From: Armatimonadota bacterium
Lineage (GTDB): Bacteria > Armatimonadota > UBA5829 > DTJY01
Length of the DNA stretch: 64,000 bases
NCBI GenBank assembly: GCA_029907255.1
Contig: JARYMF010000007.1
Coordinates: 37,896-101,895, forward strand
Reading direction: 5' to 3'
A program made the translations under genes and the position numbers. Shown here piece after piece: positions 17,849 through 27,390 of this stretch; positions within the stretch are counted from its first letter, which is position 1; each line of letters opens with the position of its first letter. The notes under the pieces were generated by a model. The model was not told the origin of the DNA and ran no database searches. It worked only from the letters and a program-made list of their open reading frames with translations.

Positions 17849-18775
17849 ATGAAAACTCTGCTTGTTGTGAAGTGCCTGTTATATGTACTGATGATTGTGT
17901 GTTTTTGTGGATGTGTGCTTTCTGCAGGTGCGGCAGAAAGCCAAGGAATAAATGATAGTGGGGCGGCATTGACAACAGCAATTGATACCCAGGCAGATAG
18001 CGCGACCACAGATAACTTGGATTCATTGGATAAATCGTCTCAGGAAACGCCGGAAATCATCCCAATAATTCCAGAAGATAAGAAAACTACACCAGCAGTT
18101 TCTGTCAGCGAGGTAACCGAACCTAGAAAAGCAAAAGAAGAAAGCAGGCGAAGCAAGTCTGTCCGGCGCGCGCAAACGTACCCAGCAAGAGTGGCAGTGC
18201 AAATCAATGACTCGCAAACTTCGAAAAAGCCAGAGCCTTCACCGTATGTTATTGAAAAGAAGCGCCCAGATAAGATAGCACTCCTTTCAAATTACCAAAG
18301 AACTAGTCGAGAGCCTGCCAAGAAGGAAACTTCTACCATTGCTGTTGTTTTCTCCATGGTACTCAAGCTCTCTCTAGTTTTAGGGCTTGCATATTTTACG
18401 ATTTTGCTATTGAAATGGGTTTCATCGCGAAGAGACTTGTTGCCTAATAACCATGATTTAAAGATGGTTGCATCAGCTAAACTTTCAGCAAACAGTACCC
18501 TTCACATTGTTAATGTAAGAGGGAAAAGCCTTTTAATCGGGTGCGGTGGAGGCCAAGTGAGTCTTCTATGTGATCTGGGGGACGTATCTGAAGAAGGAAT
18601 GTCTCAACCCAGCGGTCTTTTTGTGGAGTATCTTGAGAAATACTCGAAGGAAGAAGCGCAAAACGGTCCTGCTGGGCGAATTGCTGGCCTCCTGCGGGAC
18701 TGCACTTCATATCTGCGCGAGCGTAGTCATATCTTTGCCAAAGCATCAGGTAGAGGTGTGAATGATGAAGGCTAA
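17849..18775 (+). CDS. fliO: FliO/FliZ-family protein with long N-terminal extension
   Basis: Between fliN and fliP; TM followed by [20 protein letters not shown]liO-like domain. Confidence 0.75.
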   Translation: MKTLLVVKCLLYVLMIVCFCGCVLSAGAAESQGINDSGAALTTAIDTQADSATTDNLDSLDKSSQETPEIIPIIPEDKKTTPAVSVSEVTEPRKAKEESRRSKSVRRAQTYPARVAVQINDSQTSKKPEPSPYVIEKKRPDKIALLSNYQRTSREPAKKETSTIAVVFSMVLKLSLVLGLAYFTILLLKWVSSRRDLLPNNHDLKMVASAKLSANSTLHIVNVRGKSLLIGCGGGQVSLLCDLGDVSEEGMSQPSGLFVEYLEKYSKEEAQNGPAGRIAGLLRDCTSYLRERSHIFAKASGRGVNDEG

Positions 18776-19508
18776 AATTTTGACGGCAGGGTATGCGCTG
18801 TTTGGCTTTTTCGGTATCGCAGCGGCAGAGCCCGTAATTCCAAAGCTAAATATTGGCATCGAAGCGGCAAACAGTCCCCAGGATGTTTCTGTGAGCCTGC
18901 AAATCCTTCTAATCCTTACGGTTCTGTCGCTTGCGCCGGCAATGTTAATCATGCTGACGTCGTTTACAAGAATTGTAATCGTTCTCTCGTTTACTAGGAG
19001 TGCGCTTGGTACTGCCCAGGTGCCGCCAAACTCAGTACTGATTGGATTAGCGCTTTTCCTTACCTTTTTTACTATGGCTCCAATATTTATCAATATAAAC
19101 GACGTGGCACTTCAGCCGTACCTGCATAGGGAAATAAGCTTCGATGAGGCACTTGACCGCGCGTCCTCGCCAATAAGGGATTTCATGTTCGCTCAGGTAA
19201 GAGAGAAAGATATCGCACTTTTTGTAAATCTTGCGCGTATTGAGCAGCCGAATAGTGAATCTGATGTGCCAATGTATGTGCTTATTCCTGCATTCTTAAT
19301 TAGCGAACTATATAAGGCTTTCAGCATTGGATTTATGATCTTCATCCCATTCTTGGTCATAGACATGGTTATTGCAGTAACCCTGATGTCTATGGGCATG
19401 ATGATGCTTCCGCCCGTGGTAATCTCACTTCCTTTTAAAATTTTGCTTTTTGTGCTTGTAGATGGTTGGCACTTAATCGCTCAATCGCTCACAATGAGCT
19501 TTCATTGA
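18762..19508 (+). CDS. fliP: Flagellar export gate protein FliP
   Basis: [26 protein letters not shown] and [14 protein letters not shown] motifs. Confidence 0.97.
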   Translation: MMKAKILTAGYALFGFFGIAAAEPVIPKLNIGIEAANSPQDVSVSLQILLILTVLSLAPAMLIMLTSFTRIVIVLSFTRSALGTAQVPPNSVLIGLALFLTFFTMAPIFININDVALQPYLHREISFDEALDRASSPIRDFMFAQVREKDIALFVNLARIEQPNSESDVPMYVLIPAFLISELYKAFSIGFMIFIPFLVIDMVIAVTLMSMGMMMLPPVVISLPFKILLFVLVDGWHLIAQSLTMSFH

Positions 19509-19518
19509 GGTGTAGACT

Positions 19519-19788
19519 ATGACTGATTCAAACGTTCTGAGTATTGCACAGCATGCATTAACTTTGGCGGTTGCCATATCTGCGCCAATCTTAGGTGCTG
19601 GATTGGTAGTGGGCTTGGTAGTAAGCATTTTCCAGGCAGCCACACAAATTCATGAAATGACAATAACGTTTATACCAAAAATTCTGGCAGTTGCTGCTGC
19701 CTTGACTGCTTGTGGACCGTGGATGGTGCGGCAGGTTGTGGATTTCACTACTGTTTTGTTTCAAAGCATACCAACAATGGTGAGATAG
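19519..19788 (+). CDS. fliQ: Flagellar export gate protein FliQ
   Basis: VSIFQAATQIHEMTITFIPK motif. Confidence 0.97.
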   Translation: MTDSNVLSIAQHALTLAVAISAPILGAGLVVGLVVSIFQAATQIHEMTITFIPKILAVAAALTACGPWMVRQVVDFTTVLFQSIPTMVR

Positions 19789-20571
19789 ATGGACCTAGCA
19801 TCGTTTAGCATTGAGAGGCTTGAAGCGTTTATATTGATTCTGTCGCGCACGGCGGGGATATTTGCCATAACGCCGCTGTTTGGCTCAAATCAGGTGCCTT
19901 TACAGATACGTATCGCAATGGCGGTGGGACTTGCAATTGTGTTTGTGCCTCTCTACCGGCTTAACGGAGTGCTAGCATCCGATGCCCTTCAAATGGCGTT
20001 GCTTATTGGGAAAGAGACATTAGTTGGATTAGTAATCGGATTCGTAGCTACGTTGGTTCTAACGACTGTTCAAATAGCAGGTGAATTTGTAGATATGCAG
20101 TCAGGATTTAGCTTTGCAAGCATGGTTGACCCTGTTAATGGAACGCATACTGCCGTGGTAGCAAGACTTCATTATTTGATTGCAGGCCTTTTGTTTTTTG
20201 TGACTAACGCCCACCATGTGATGATTCAAGGCCTTGCAGACAGCTTTAGTCTGGTTCCAATTGGCCAATTAGTCATAAATTCGGCTGTAGCTAACGGAGT
20301 TATGGATTTGTTTGTCCATTTATTTATGGTTGCGATTCGTATTGCCATGCCAGTCCTTAGCGCTGTTTTTCTTGCTGATATATCATTGGCGCTAATTGCT
20401 CGGGCTGTTCCCCAGATGAATGTGCTCATAGTGGGTTTCCCCTTGAAGATTGGGGTTGGCCTTGTTGGCATTCTTGTTGCTTTGCCGGTCATAATGGCTT
20501 CTGCTCAGGGATTATTTGGTGATATATACAGTCAGACGGGGAGTATTCTCCGCCTGTTTGTTGGTCAATAG
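19789..20571 (+). CDS. fliR: Flagellar export gate protein FliR
   Basis: AGEFVDMQSG and RAVPQMNVLIVGFPLK motifs. Confidence 0.95.
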   Translation: MDLASFSIERLEAFILILSRTAGIFAITPLFGSNQVPLQIRIAMAVGLAIVFVPLYRLNGVLASDALQMALLIGKETLVGLVIGFVATLVLTTVQIAGEFVDMQSGFSFASMVDPVNGTHTAVVARLHYLIAGLLFFVTNAHHVMIQGLADSFSLVPIGQLVINSAVANGVMDLFVHLFMVAIRIAMPVLSAVFLADISLALIARAVPQMNVLIVGFPLKIGVGLVGILVALPVIMASAQGLFGDIYSQTGSILRLFVGQ

Positions 20572-20593
20572 GCACAGCTAGGAGAATTTAGGA

Positions 20594-21670
20594 ATGGCTT
20601 CACAAGACAGGACCGAACCTGCAACCCCGCGAAGGCGGGAGGAAGCAAGGCAGGAGGGCAAAGTTGCCAAAAGCATGGACGTCAATTCTGTTGTTGTCCT
20701 GCTTGCTGGGATTCTCCTCCTCAAAGTTGCCGGGCCATATATGCTAAGAGGATTGATGGCAATTGCCACGGATGCATTTTCTCATTTGCATTCTAGCGAA
20801 GTAACGATGGGCAATGTTGGAACATACTTAGCGTCATATGGAGTTCGCGGAGCGCTTATCTGTCTTCCTTTGGCGATTGGGTTAGGTGCAGTAGGCATAG
20901 CGTCTAATGTTATGCAAGTCGGCTTAAAAGTTACACCAAAGGTGCTAAATCCCGATTTGAATAGGCTCAATCTGGTGCAGGGGATTGCAAGGTTGTTTTC
21001 ATGGCGCTGCGGTGTAGAAATCATAAAGCTAGTGGCTAAAGTAAGCATTGTTGCTTGGGTGGTTTATGCTTTTTTAAAAAACCAATATCCCTTGCTTGTA
21101 AATTTGGCGGCTATGCCTCCTGTCAGCGGTTTTCTTCTTGTAGGGAGCCTCTGCTGGCAGCTTGTTTTACGAGCATGGATTGTTATGGTGGCTATAGCAA
21201 TTTTCGATTTTATCTATCAGCGCTTTCAATTCGAACAAAGCATGAAGATGACCAAACAAGAGGTTAAGGATGAGTACCGGCGTTCGGAAGGAGACCCTTA
21301 CATAAAAGCAAGGATTAGACAGCGCCAAAGGGAGATAGCTCGTGGAAGAATGTTCCTTGATGTTGCGAGGGCAGATGTAGTGATTACCAACCCAGTTCAC
21401 CTGGCAGTGGCACTAAGATACGACTCGGATGAGATGGCTGCGCCAACCGTTGTTGCCAAAGGCCAGCGGCTCATTGCTGAGAAGATCAAGGCTATCGCCG
21501 AAGCACATTGCGTTCCAATAATTGAAAACCCGCCGGTCGCAAGGTTGCTATATAAGACTGTCGAAGTTGGTCAGCAGATACCTGAAAGCTTGTATCAAGC
21601 AGTTGCTGAGATTCTAGCTTATGTATATAGAATGAGCGAGAGAACTGGTAACAGGCACGCGGCTGCCTAA
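20594..21670 (+). CDS. flhB: Flagellar export switch protein FlhB
   Basis: RTEPATPRR, MTKQEVKDE..SEGDP, NPVH cleavage site and APTVVAKG. Confidence 0.97.
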   Translation: MASQDRTEPATPRRREEARQEGKVAKSMDVNSVVVLLAGILLLKVAGPYMLRGLMAIATDAFSHLHSSEVTMGNVGTYLASYGVRGALICLPLAIGLGAVGIASNVMQVGLKVTPKVLNPDLNRLNLVQGIARLFSWRCGVEIIKLVAKVSIVAWVVYAFLKNQYPLLVNLAAMPPVSGFLLVGSLCWQLVLRAWIVMVAIAIFDFIYQRFQFEQSMKMTKQEVKDEYRRSEGDPYIKARIRQRQREIARGRMFLDVARADVVITNPVHLAVALRYDSDEMAAPTVVAKGQRLIAEKIKAIAEAHCVPIIENPPVARLLYKTVEVGQQIPESLYQAVAEILAYVYRMSERTGNRHAAA

Positions 21671-21737
21671 TATATTTGCGTTTTCCAAAACAATAGCGCA
21701 ATTTAGAATGATAAGATGAGGGCAAAAAGGACTAATT

Positions 21738-23828
21738 ATGGCAACAGTTATAGCACCTCGGAAGCCATTAGGGCTTCAAACAATAACCAAATATAGCGAT
21801 TATCTCGTTGCTTTTACTGCTGTCATCGTCGTGGGGATGTTGATAATGCCAATTCCTGCGTGGTTGCTCGACGTCCTCCTAACACTAAATATTGCAATGG
21901 CGATGACCGTTTTGCTGGCAACAATCTATACCCCACAGCCGCTTGAGTTTGCTTCTTTTCCGTCTATGCTTTTGGTTACTACGCTTTTCCGACTTGCCCT
22001 TAACATTTCAGCAACAAGACTAGTACTCCTTAGCGGTTCTGCTGGAGCACTCATTTCGGCATTTGGTACGGTTGTTGTCGGCGGTAACTACGTTGTCGGT
22101 GTCGTAATTTTTATTATTCTTGTAATTATCCAATTCATAGTCATAACCAACGGCACAGGTCGAGTTGCTGAGGTTGCCGCAAGGTTTACGCTAGATGCAA
22201 TGCCAGGGAAGCAAATGGCTATTGATGCGGACCTCAATGCAGGCATTATTGATGAAGAGGAAGCTCAAGCCCGCCGAAAAGCGGTAGCACGAGAGGCTGA
22301 CTTTTATGGTGCCATGGATGGTGCAAGCAAGTTTGTTCGCGGCGATGCTCTTGCCGCGGTTGTCATGATTATAATCAACATCCTTGGCGGAATCATGATT
22401 GGCGTACTTCAACGGCATATGAACTTTATAACCGCTCTCCAAAACTATACGCTGTTGACAATTGGTGTGGGTCTTGTTACGCAAATACCTTCTTTGCTAG
22501 TGTCGACTGCGACGGGCTTAATGGTTACAAAGGTATCATCAGAAAGCAATTTGGGTAGCGAATTAACTTCGCAAATGCTTGGCCAGCCAAAAGCAGTTTG
22601 GATTACATCGGGAATATGCGCAATACTCGCATTAATTCCCGGACTTCCAAAAATGCCATTTATTCTTGCTGGTCTATTTGGAATTGGGCTGGCATTCTTA
22701 ATCAAGGGGCAAGCGCAACCTCGTACTGAGGAGCAGAAGGAAATCAAAACTCCCAAGCCTCCTGAATCCATGACCGATTTGCTTGCGGTTGATCCTATTG
22801 AGGTTGAGCTAGGATATGGTCTAATACCGCTAGCTGATCCAAAGCAAGGTGGCGACCTCCTAGATAGAATTACTGCAGTACGAAGGCAGGCAGCGCTCGA
22901 ACTTGGTCTTCTTGTTCCTGCAATTAGAGTTAGAGATAATATGCAGCTTAAACCGAACGCTTACTCAGTTAAGCTTCGCGGTATCGAGATTGGCACAGGC
23001 GAAGTATATTCGGGCCAGTTGTTAGCTATGAACCCAGGGACGGCGACTGCTGAGCTCCAAGGTATAGAAACTGTTGAACCTGCCTTCGGACTTCCGGCGA
23101 TTTGGATCTCTGAACTCCAACAGACAGAAGCTGAGATGGCCGGCTATACGGTTGTTGATCCACTAACCGTTATGATTACACACCTAAGTGAACTTATTAA
23201 GAAACATGCAGCAGAAATTTTAACGCGACAAGACACGCAGACGCTAATAGATACTGTTAAGGAGAAGTCACCTGCAGTAGTTGAAGAACTTGTTCCAAAT
23301 CTTCTTGGCATCGGTGACATCCAGAAGGTCCTCCAAAACTTGCTATCAGAGCGGGTTTCAATCCGAGATCTGGGTGTCATTTTAGAAGCGCTAGCCGATG
23401 GCGCACGGCTTACAAAAGATACCGACTTGTTGACTGAGTATGTGCGCCAGGCTCTATGCAGGCAAATTAGCAAACAATATCAGTCACCAGAAGGCTATAT
23501 TCATGTAATTACCCTTGACCCGGCTGTCGAACAGATACTTGCAGAAGGTATTCGGCAGACGGATACGGGTTACCAATTGGTTCTGGAGCCCCGAATTGCT
23601 CAGCGAATTCTTGAGGAGACTCGGAACCAAGCAGAGCGAATGGCAGCATTAGGATATCAACCTGTCATACTCTGCTCGCCTAGGGTGAGGATTCACTTTA
23701 GGCGGCTTATTGAACGAATGGCTCCAACGCTAGCTGTTTTGTCGTTCAATGAGCTAAGTCCAGGTACCAAGCTTGAAACACAGGGAATGGTGAGCCTGGC
23801 AAATGAAAGTTCTTATGCAGTAAAGTGA
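21738..23828 (+). CDS. flhA: Flagellar export protein FlhA
   Basis: RVAEVAARFTLDAMPGKQMAIDADL and FYGAMDGASKFVRGD motifs. Confidence 0.97.
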   Translation: MATVIAPRKPLGLQTITKYSDYLVAFTAVIVVGMLIMPIPAWLLDVLLTLNIAMAMTVLLATIYTPQPLEFASFPSMLLVTTLFRLALNISATRLVLLSGSAGALISAFGTVVVGGNYVVGVVIFIILVIIQFIVITNGTGRVAEVAARFTLDAMPGKQMAIDADLNAGIIDEEEAQARRKAVAREADFYGAMDGASKFVRGDALAAVVMIIINILGGIMIGVLQRHMNFITALQNYTLLTIGVGLVTQIPSLLVSTATGLMVTKVSSESNLGSELTSQMLGQPKAVWITSGICAILALIPGLPKMPFILAGLFGIGLAFLIKGQAQPRTEEQKEIKTPKPPESMTDLLAVDPIEVELGYGLIPLADPKQGGDLLDRITAVRRQAALELGLLVPAIRVRDNMQLKPNAYSVKLRGIEIGTGEVYSGQLLAMNPGTATAELQGIETVEPAFGLPAIWISELQQTEAEMAGYTVVDPLTVMITHLSELIKKHAAEILTRQDTQTLIDTVKEKSPAVVEELVPNLLGIGDIQKVLQNLLSERVSIRDLGVILEALADGARLTKDTDLLTEYVRQALCRQISKQYQSPEGYIHVITLDPAVEQILAEGIRQTDTGYQLVLEPRIAQRILEETRNQAERMAALGYQPVILCSPRVRIHFRRLIERMAPTLAVLSFNELSPGTKLETQGMVSLANESSYAVK

Positions 23829-23836
23829 GGTAGCAA

Positions 23837-24865
23837 GTGTTTTGGCGCAAGAAAACTGAAGACAGAGTGAACATCTTTTCCCTCGTGAGGGTCAACGACA
23901 GAATTCAATTGAAAGTCTATGGCCGCGCATATCTAAGTCGTGTTGAAGATATTCGAGGGCAGGAATTGTTTGTTGGCGCCCCTGTAGAGCAGAACCGAGT
24001 AAGGATGCTGTCGATAGGACGTGAGGTCACGGTTAGCTTGTTTGCAGCTCATGGACTGCAGCAATTCTCTGCCGTCGTTGTTCGCATGGAAACAGACCGA
24101 ATCCCGCTTGTTGTCTTGTCGAATTTCAAGGCGATAGGCACAGTTCAACGCAGAGAGTATGTTAGGGTGCCGCAGAAACTTCCTATACGTTATAGGCTAC
24201 TCTCAGGTCCTAAGAGTGGCGGGCCTTGGTTCAACGGAATAACAAACGACTTGAGCGGCGGCGGGGTCCAATTGACTGTAAGGCATTGTGGACTAGAGGT
24301 TGGAGATCTCTTGGAGATAGAGCTCTTTTTGCCCGGGGAGGAACCTATCAGTGCAGTTGGACAGGTTGTCCGTGCAGCACAGGGCTATTTTTCAATACTC
24401 AGCGATCAGACAATTGGCATTAAGTTTACAGAAATAAATTCGGCGGAGCGCGACCGAATTGTCCGTTATGTCTTCAAAAAGCAAGCAGAGATGCTTGATT
24501 CGCGCCGGAGTTTCGTTCGTATAAGGCAACGCGTGGAAGTTTCCTACAGACGCTCAAACAAACATTCATTTGAGAGAGGATACACTCTGGATATGAGCAC
24601 GGGTGGCTTGCGGTTGGTGGCTTTGTCAGGTGAGAGTTTCAACACAGGTGATATCCTCGACATTTGGATTGTTCTTTCCAACTCGACAATTATCGGAGCA
24701 ACCGGTGAAGTTGTCTGGGTAGGGAATGGAAAAGAAACTTCAGCTCAGGAACAGCAAATAGGTATAAAATTTACCAAGATTGATTCAGAATCAAGGACCT
24801 TGCTTGCTGATTTTCTTTCTGGCGCACGGACGGAAGATAACCAGCTGGATGATAAGGCAGCATAG
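23837..24865 (+). CDS. YcgR/MotI-like flagellar brake with two PilZ domains
   Basis: N-terminal PilZN-like domain, then QRREYVR...DLSGGG and SRRSFVR...DMSTGG (RxxxR/DxSxxG twice). Confidence 0.85.
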   Translation: MFWRKKTEDRVNIFSLVRVNDRIQLKVYGRAYLSRVEDIRGQELFVGAPVEQNRVRMLSIGREVTVSLFAAHGLQQFSAVVVRMETDRIPLVVLSNFKAIGTVQRREYVRVPQKLPIRYRLLSGPKSGGPWFNGITNDLSGGGVQLTVRHCGLEVGDLLEIELFLPGEEPISAVGQVVRAAQGYFSILSDQTIGIKFTEINSAERDRIVRYVFKKQAEMLDSRRSFVRIRQRVEVSYRRSNKHSFERGYTLDMSTGGLRLVALSGESFNTGDILDIWIVLSNSTIIGATGEVVWVGNGKETSAQEQQIGIKFTKIDSESRTLLADFLSGARTEDNQLDDKAA

Positions 24866-24877
24866 GACTGAAGAACT

Positions 24878-25099
24878 ATGGATGGATTTTATCAGTTAGT
24901 GTGCCTGCTGATATCGCTTGCAGGTTTCATGATAGTCATAGGGGTGTTGCTGATACGAGGTGAGCCCATTCTTGTCACCGCAGTTAAGGGTGTGCTGGCT
25001 TTTGTAGCGCTCAAAATTATTCTAGGTGTATTAAGCAAGCTTTTTAACGCAGTAGCCTGTTCTGAAAACACCAACGAAATAAACAGGGATAATACCTAG
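24878..25099 (+). CDS. Small two-TM membrane protein, unknown function
   Basis: 73 aa with two hydrophobic helices; tightly packed in the operon. Confidence 0.65.
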   Translation: MDGFYQLVCLLISLAGFMIVIGVLLIRGEPILVTAVKGVLAFVALKIILGVLSKLFNAVACSENTNEINRDNT

Positions 25100-25124
25100 A
25101 TAGACTTTGCGGAGGTTTGCGAAC

Positions 25125-25898
25125 TTGCCAAAGACAGACCTTCTGTGGAAACGATACAAACAGGGTAGGGATTTAGATGCGCGAGAGCAATTGATTTTAA
25201 ACTATGCGTATCTGGCAAAGTATGTTGTTGACCGTTTGACCATTCGGCCCAGTGCGGTTATGGATTACGACGACTTGCTTGGGCATGCCGTCGTAGGGCT
25301 TATCGATGCTGTAGAGAAATTCGACCCCTCTAGAGATGTCAAATTCGAAACCTATGCCGTAACCCGAATTAGAGGGGCCGTACTTGATGCGATTAAAAGT
25401 CTTGATTGGATGCCTAGAACCATTCGTTCACTAGAGCAAGAGCTTAGACAAACGTTCGCACGCTTAGAAGCGGAACTTGGCCGTCCAGCAACTGATCAAG
25501 AGGTAGCTTCATCACTTGGAATAACTGTTGATGCTTTGAATGAACGGCTTGCGGATATAGCTCAGTCGGCGCTTCTCTCGTTTGAAGAGCTCTTATCTTT
25601 TAGAGAAGAAAATTTTGGCGAGAATGGTATCTATTCCTTAAACGATCCCTCGGACGATCCCATTTTGGCTGCCGAGTTGAATGAACGAAGCCAGCTGCTT
25701 GCTAAGGCAATTACCGACCTTCCCGAGAAAGAAAAGCTTGTGATTAGCTTATACTATAATGATGGGTTGACGCTAAAAGAGATTGCAAAAGTCCTAGGCG
25801 TTACTGAATCAAGAGTCTGCCAATTGCATTCCAAAGCGGTTGTAAGGCTACAAGGGAAATTGGCAAGACATGCTGATTTGCTTGTTGCCGCGGCATAA
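25125..25898 (+). CDS. fliA: FliA/WhiG-family sigma-28 factor
   Basis: GLIDAVEKFDP..VKFETYA..RIRGAVLD, DWMPR and TLKEIAKVLGVTESRVCQLH; TTG 25125 follows GGAGG. Confidence 0.95.
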   Translation: MPKTDLLWKRYKQGRDLDAREQLILNYAYLAKYVVDRLTIRPSAVMDYDDLLGHAVVGLIDAVEKFDPSRDVKFETYAVTRIRGAVLDAIKSLDWMPRTIRSLEQELRQTFARLEAELGRPATDQEVASSLGITVDALNERLADIAQSALLSFEELLSFREENFGENGIYSLNDPSDDPILAAELNERSQLLAKAITDLPEKEKLVISLYYNDGLTLKEIAKVLGVTESRVCQLHSKAVVRLQGKLARHADLLVAAA

Positions 25899-25914
25899 CG
25901 TGGAGGTGTTTAAG

Positions 25915-26205
25915 GTGGATGTTCGTGCGTCAGATACTTCAAACCTGGCGGCTCAACAGGTTGAATTAAAGCGTGGGGAACCGGTCAGGGAACGTTTACA
26001 GGGGCAGGTTCATGATCCATTTGCAGCCCACGCCGCTTCTCAAGTCGACGGACAAGTATCACGTCCAAAATTGTCAAAGGAACTCAAGAGAGGCAAGAAA
26101 AACGAAGAACATACAAGAAACCAGTTTGCAGTAGAGCAAGAGTCCGAACAATCCAATGTGTCCGAAACAGAGATTGAACACCATGTTCTTGATGTGAGGG
26201 TATAG
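25915..26205 (+). CDS. Hypothetical hydrophilic protein ending LDVRV
   Basis: GGAGG SD then GTG; immediately after fliA. Confidence 0.6.
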   Translation: MDVRASDTSNLAAQQVELKRGEPVRERLQGQVHDPFAAHAASQVDGQVSRPKLSKELKRGKKNEEHTRNQFAVEQESEQSNVSETEIEHHVLDVRV

Positions 26206-26211
26206 AAATAT

Positions 26212-26493
26212 ATGAGCGAAGGTTGGTTCACATTTTGTTTGGTTGCTGCCATAATTCTGTGTTCTGGGTGCGTTCTTGCAGCTGCAATTATGCGAACAGT
26301 TGCTATCCAGCGTCAACGTGAAGCACTTATAACAGATAACCTGCGAGCGCTCGAAGAGTCCACTGTCTTCTTGATAGAGCAATTGAGGTCAGAAACCGAA
26401 CGAATGATTGCAGAAGTTGAGCAACGAAGGGAAGTTCTTGCTGAATTAATCGCAGAGTTCGACAAACGGCTCTCGGTAATCGCTAGAAAATGA
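26212..26493 (+). CDS. Membrane-anchored coiled-coil protein (SwrB/DUF6115-like position)
   Basis: N-terminal TM plus coiled coil; last gene of the + strand operon. Confidence 0.6.
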   Translation: MSEGWFTFCLVAAIILCSGCVLAAAIMRTVAIQRQREALITDNLRALEESTVFLIEQLRSETERMIAEVEQRREVLAELIAEFDKRLSVIARK

Positions 26494-26504
26494 GCAATAT
26501 TTGC

Positions 26505-26954
26505 CTAAAGCATATTATCTAGAAAGCGCGAACTTTGCATTTGGGGTTGCTTTTCGTATGTTTTAATGAGACTGTGGTGTTGTCTTAACCTTGCGAGGTT
26601 TCTTCTATATTCGCCAAGCAGCGCATGTAAAGCATCTTCACAGGCAGTTTGCTTCTCCATCAGCGATTTTAGACCATTGGATACCTGCTCTATTATTTGC
26701 TCCAAATTGGGATGCTTGGTGATGCCGTCTTGGCTCCGAGGTGGCAGTCGTTTGGCGATTGATTGGAGTTGATTTGAACACCGCTTGATTTCTTCACATA
26801 CCCGGGCTCTTTCTTCAAGTATGCTTGCAACAGAGCCGATATCCGAATTGCCAATTTTCCCCATGAGTTGCAAGGACAAATCGCACGCTCGTTGCAAATA
26901 CCGGTCGAACCTAATCCCAATTTGAATTGCTTCTTGAATAGCGTCGGTGGTCAT
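26505..26954 (-). CDS. FliT/FlgN-like helical chaperone
   Basis: ATGA-coupled to fliS; helical, ILEER motif, ends RFLDNML. Confidence 0.6.
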   Translation of the reverse strand: MTTDAIQEAIQIGIRFDRYLQRACDLSLQLMGKIGNSDIGSVASILEERARVCEEIKRCSNQLQSIAKRLPPRSQDGITKHPNLEQIIEQVSNGLKSLMEKQTACEDALHALLGEYRRNLARLRQHHSLIKTYEKQPQMQSSRFLDNML

Positions 26955-27361
26955 GCTGCCTTTGCCTCTAGTTTAGGCTGGCCGGAGCGTGCAAGCAATT
27001 CGGCTTCTGCCCAAGTTTGCCTAAGTTCAGAAAGAATTTGGATTACTTCTTCCAAAGCCCGTTGGTCGTCTTTTATGTTGGCATGCGTCAGACGGTCGAA
27101 TATATAGGAATATAGGCTATAAAGGTTTTCGGCAAGCTGGCGGTCAACATTCATATCAAGGCTTGACATAAGTTCTAGAACGATATTTTGCACTTTGCGT
27201 ATATTCTCGCTTTGCTGGTCCAGCCTACCTTCTTTCATCTTTTCAGCTGCCGTTTTGGCAAATCTGATGGCCGCATCGTACGCCATGAGGAGTAGTTTGC
27301 CGGGGGATGCGGTTTTGAATTGGTTTTCTACATATTGCGAGTATGGACTGTTTACTGACAT
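26951..27361 (-). CDS. fliS: Flagellin chaperone FliS
   Basis: TASPGKLLLMAYDAAIRF, ELMSSLD and NLYSLYSY motifs. Confidence 0.95.
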   Translation of the reverse strand: MSVNSPYSQYVENQFKTASPGKLLLMAYDAAIRFAKTAAEKMKEGRLDQQSENIRKVQNIVLELMSSLDMNVDRQLAENLYSLYSYIFDRLTHANIKDDQRALEEVIQILSELRQTWAEAELLARSGQPKLEAKAA

Positions 27362-27390
27362 GGCATCCTGCCTCTTTGCTCCTATTAAGT

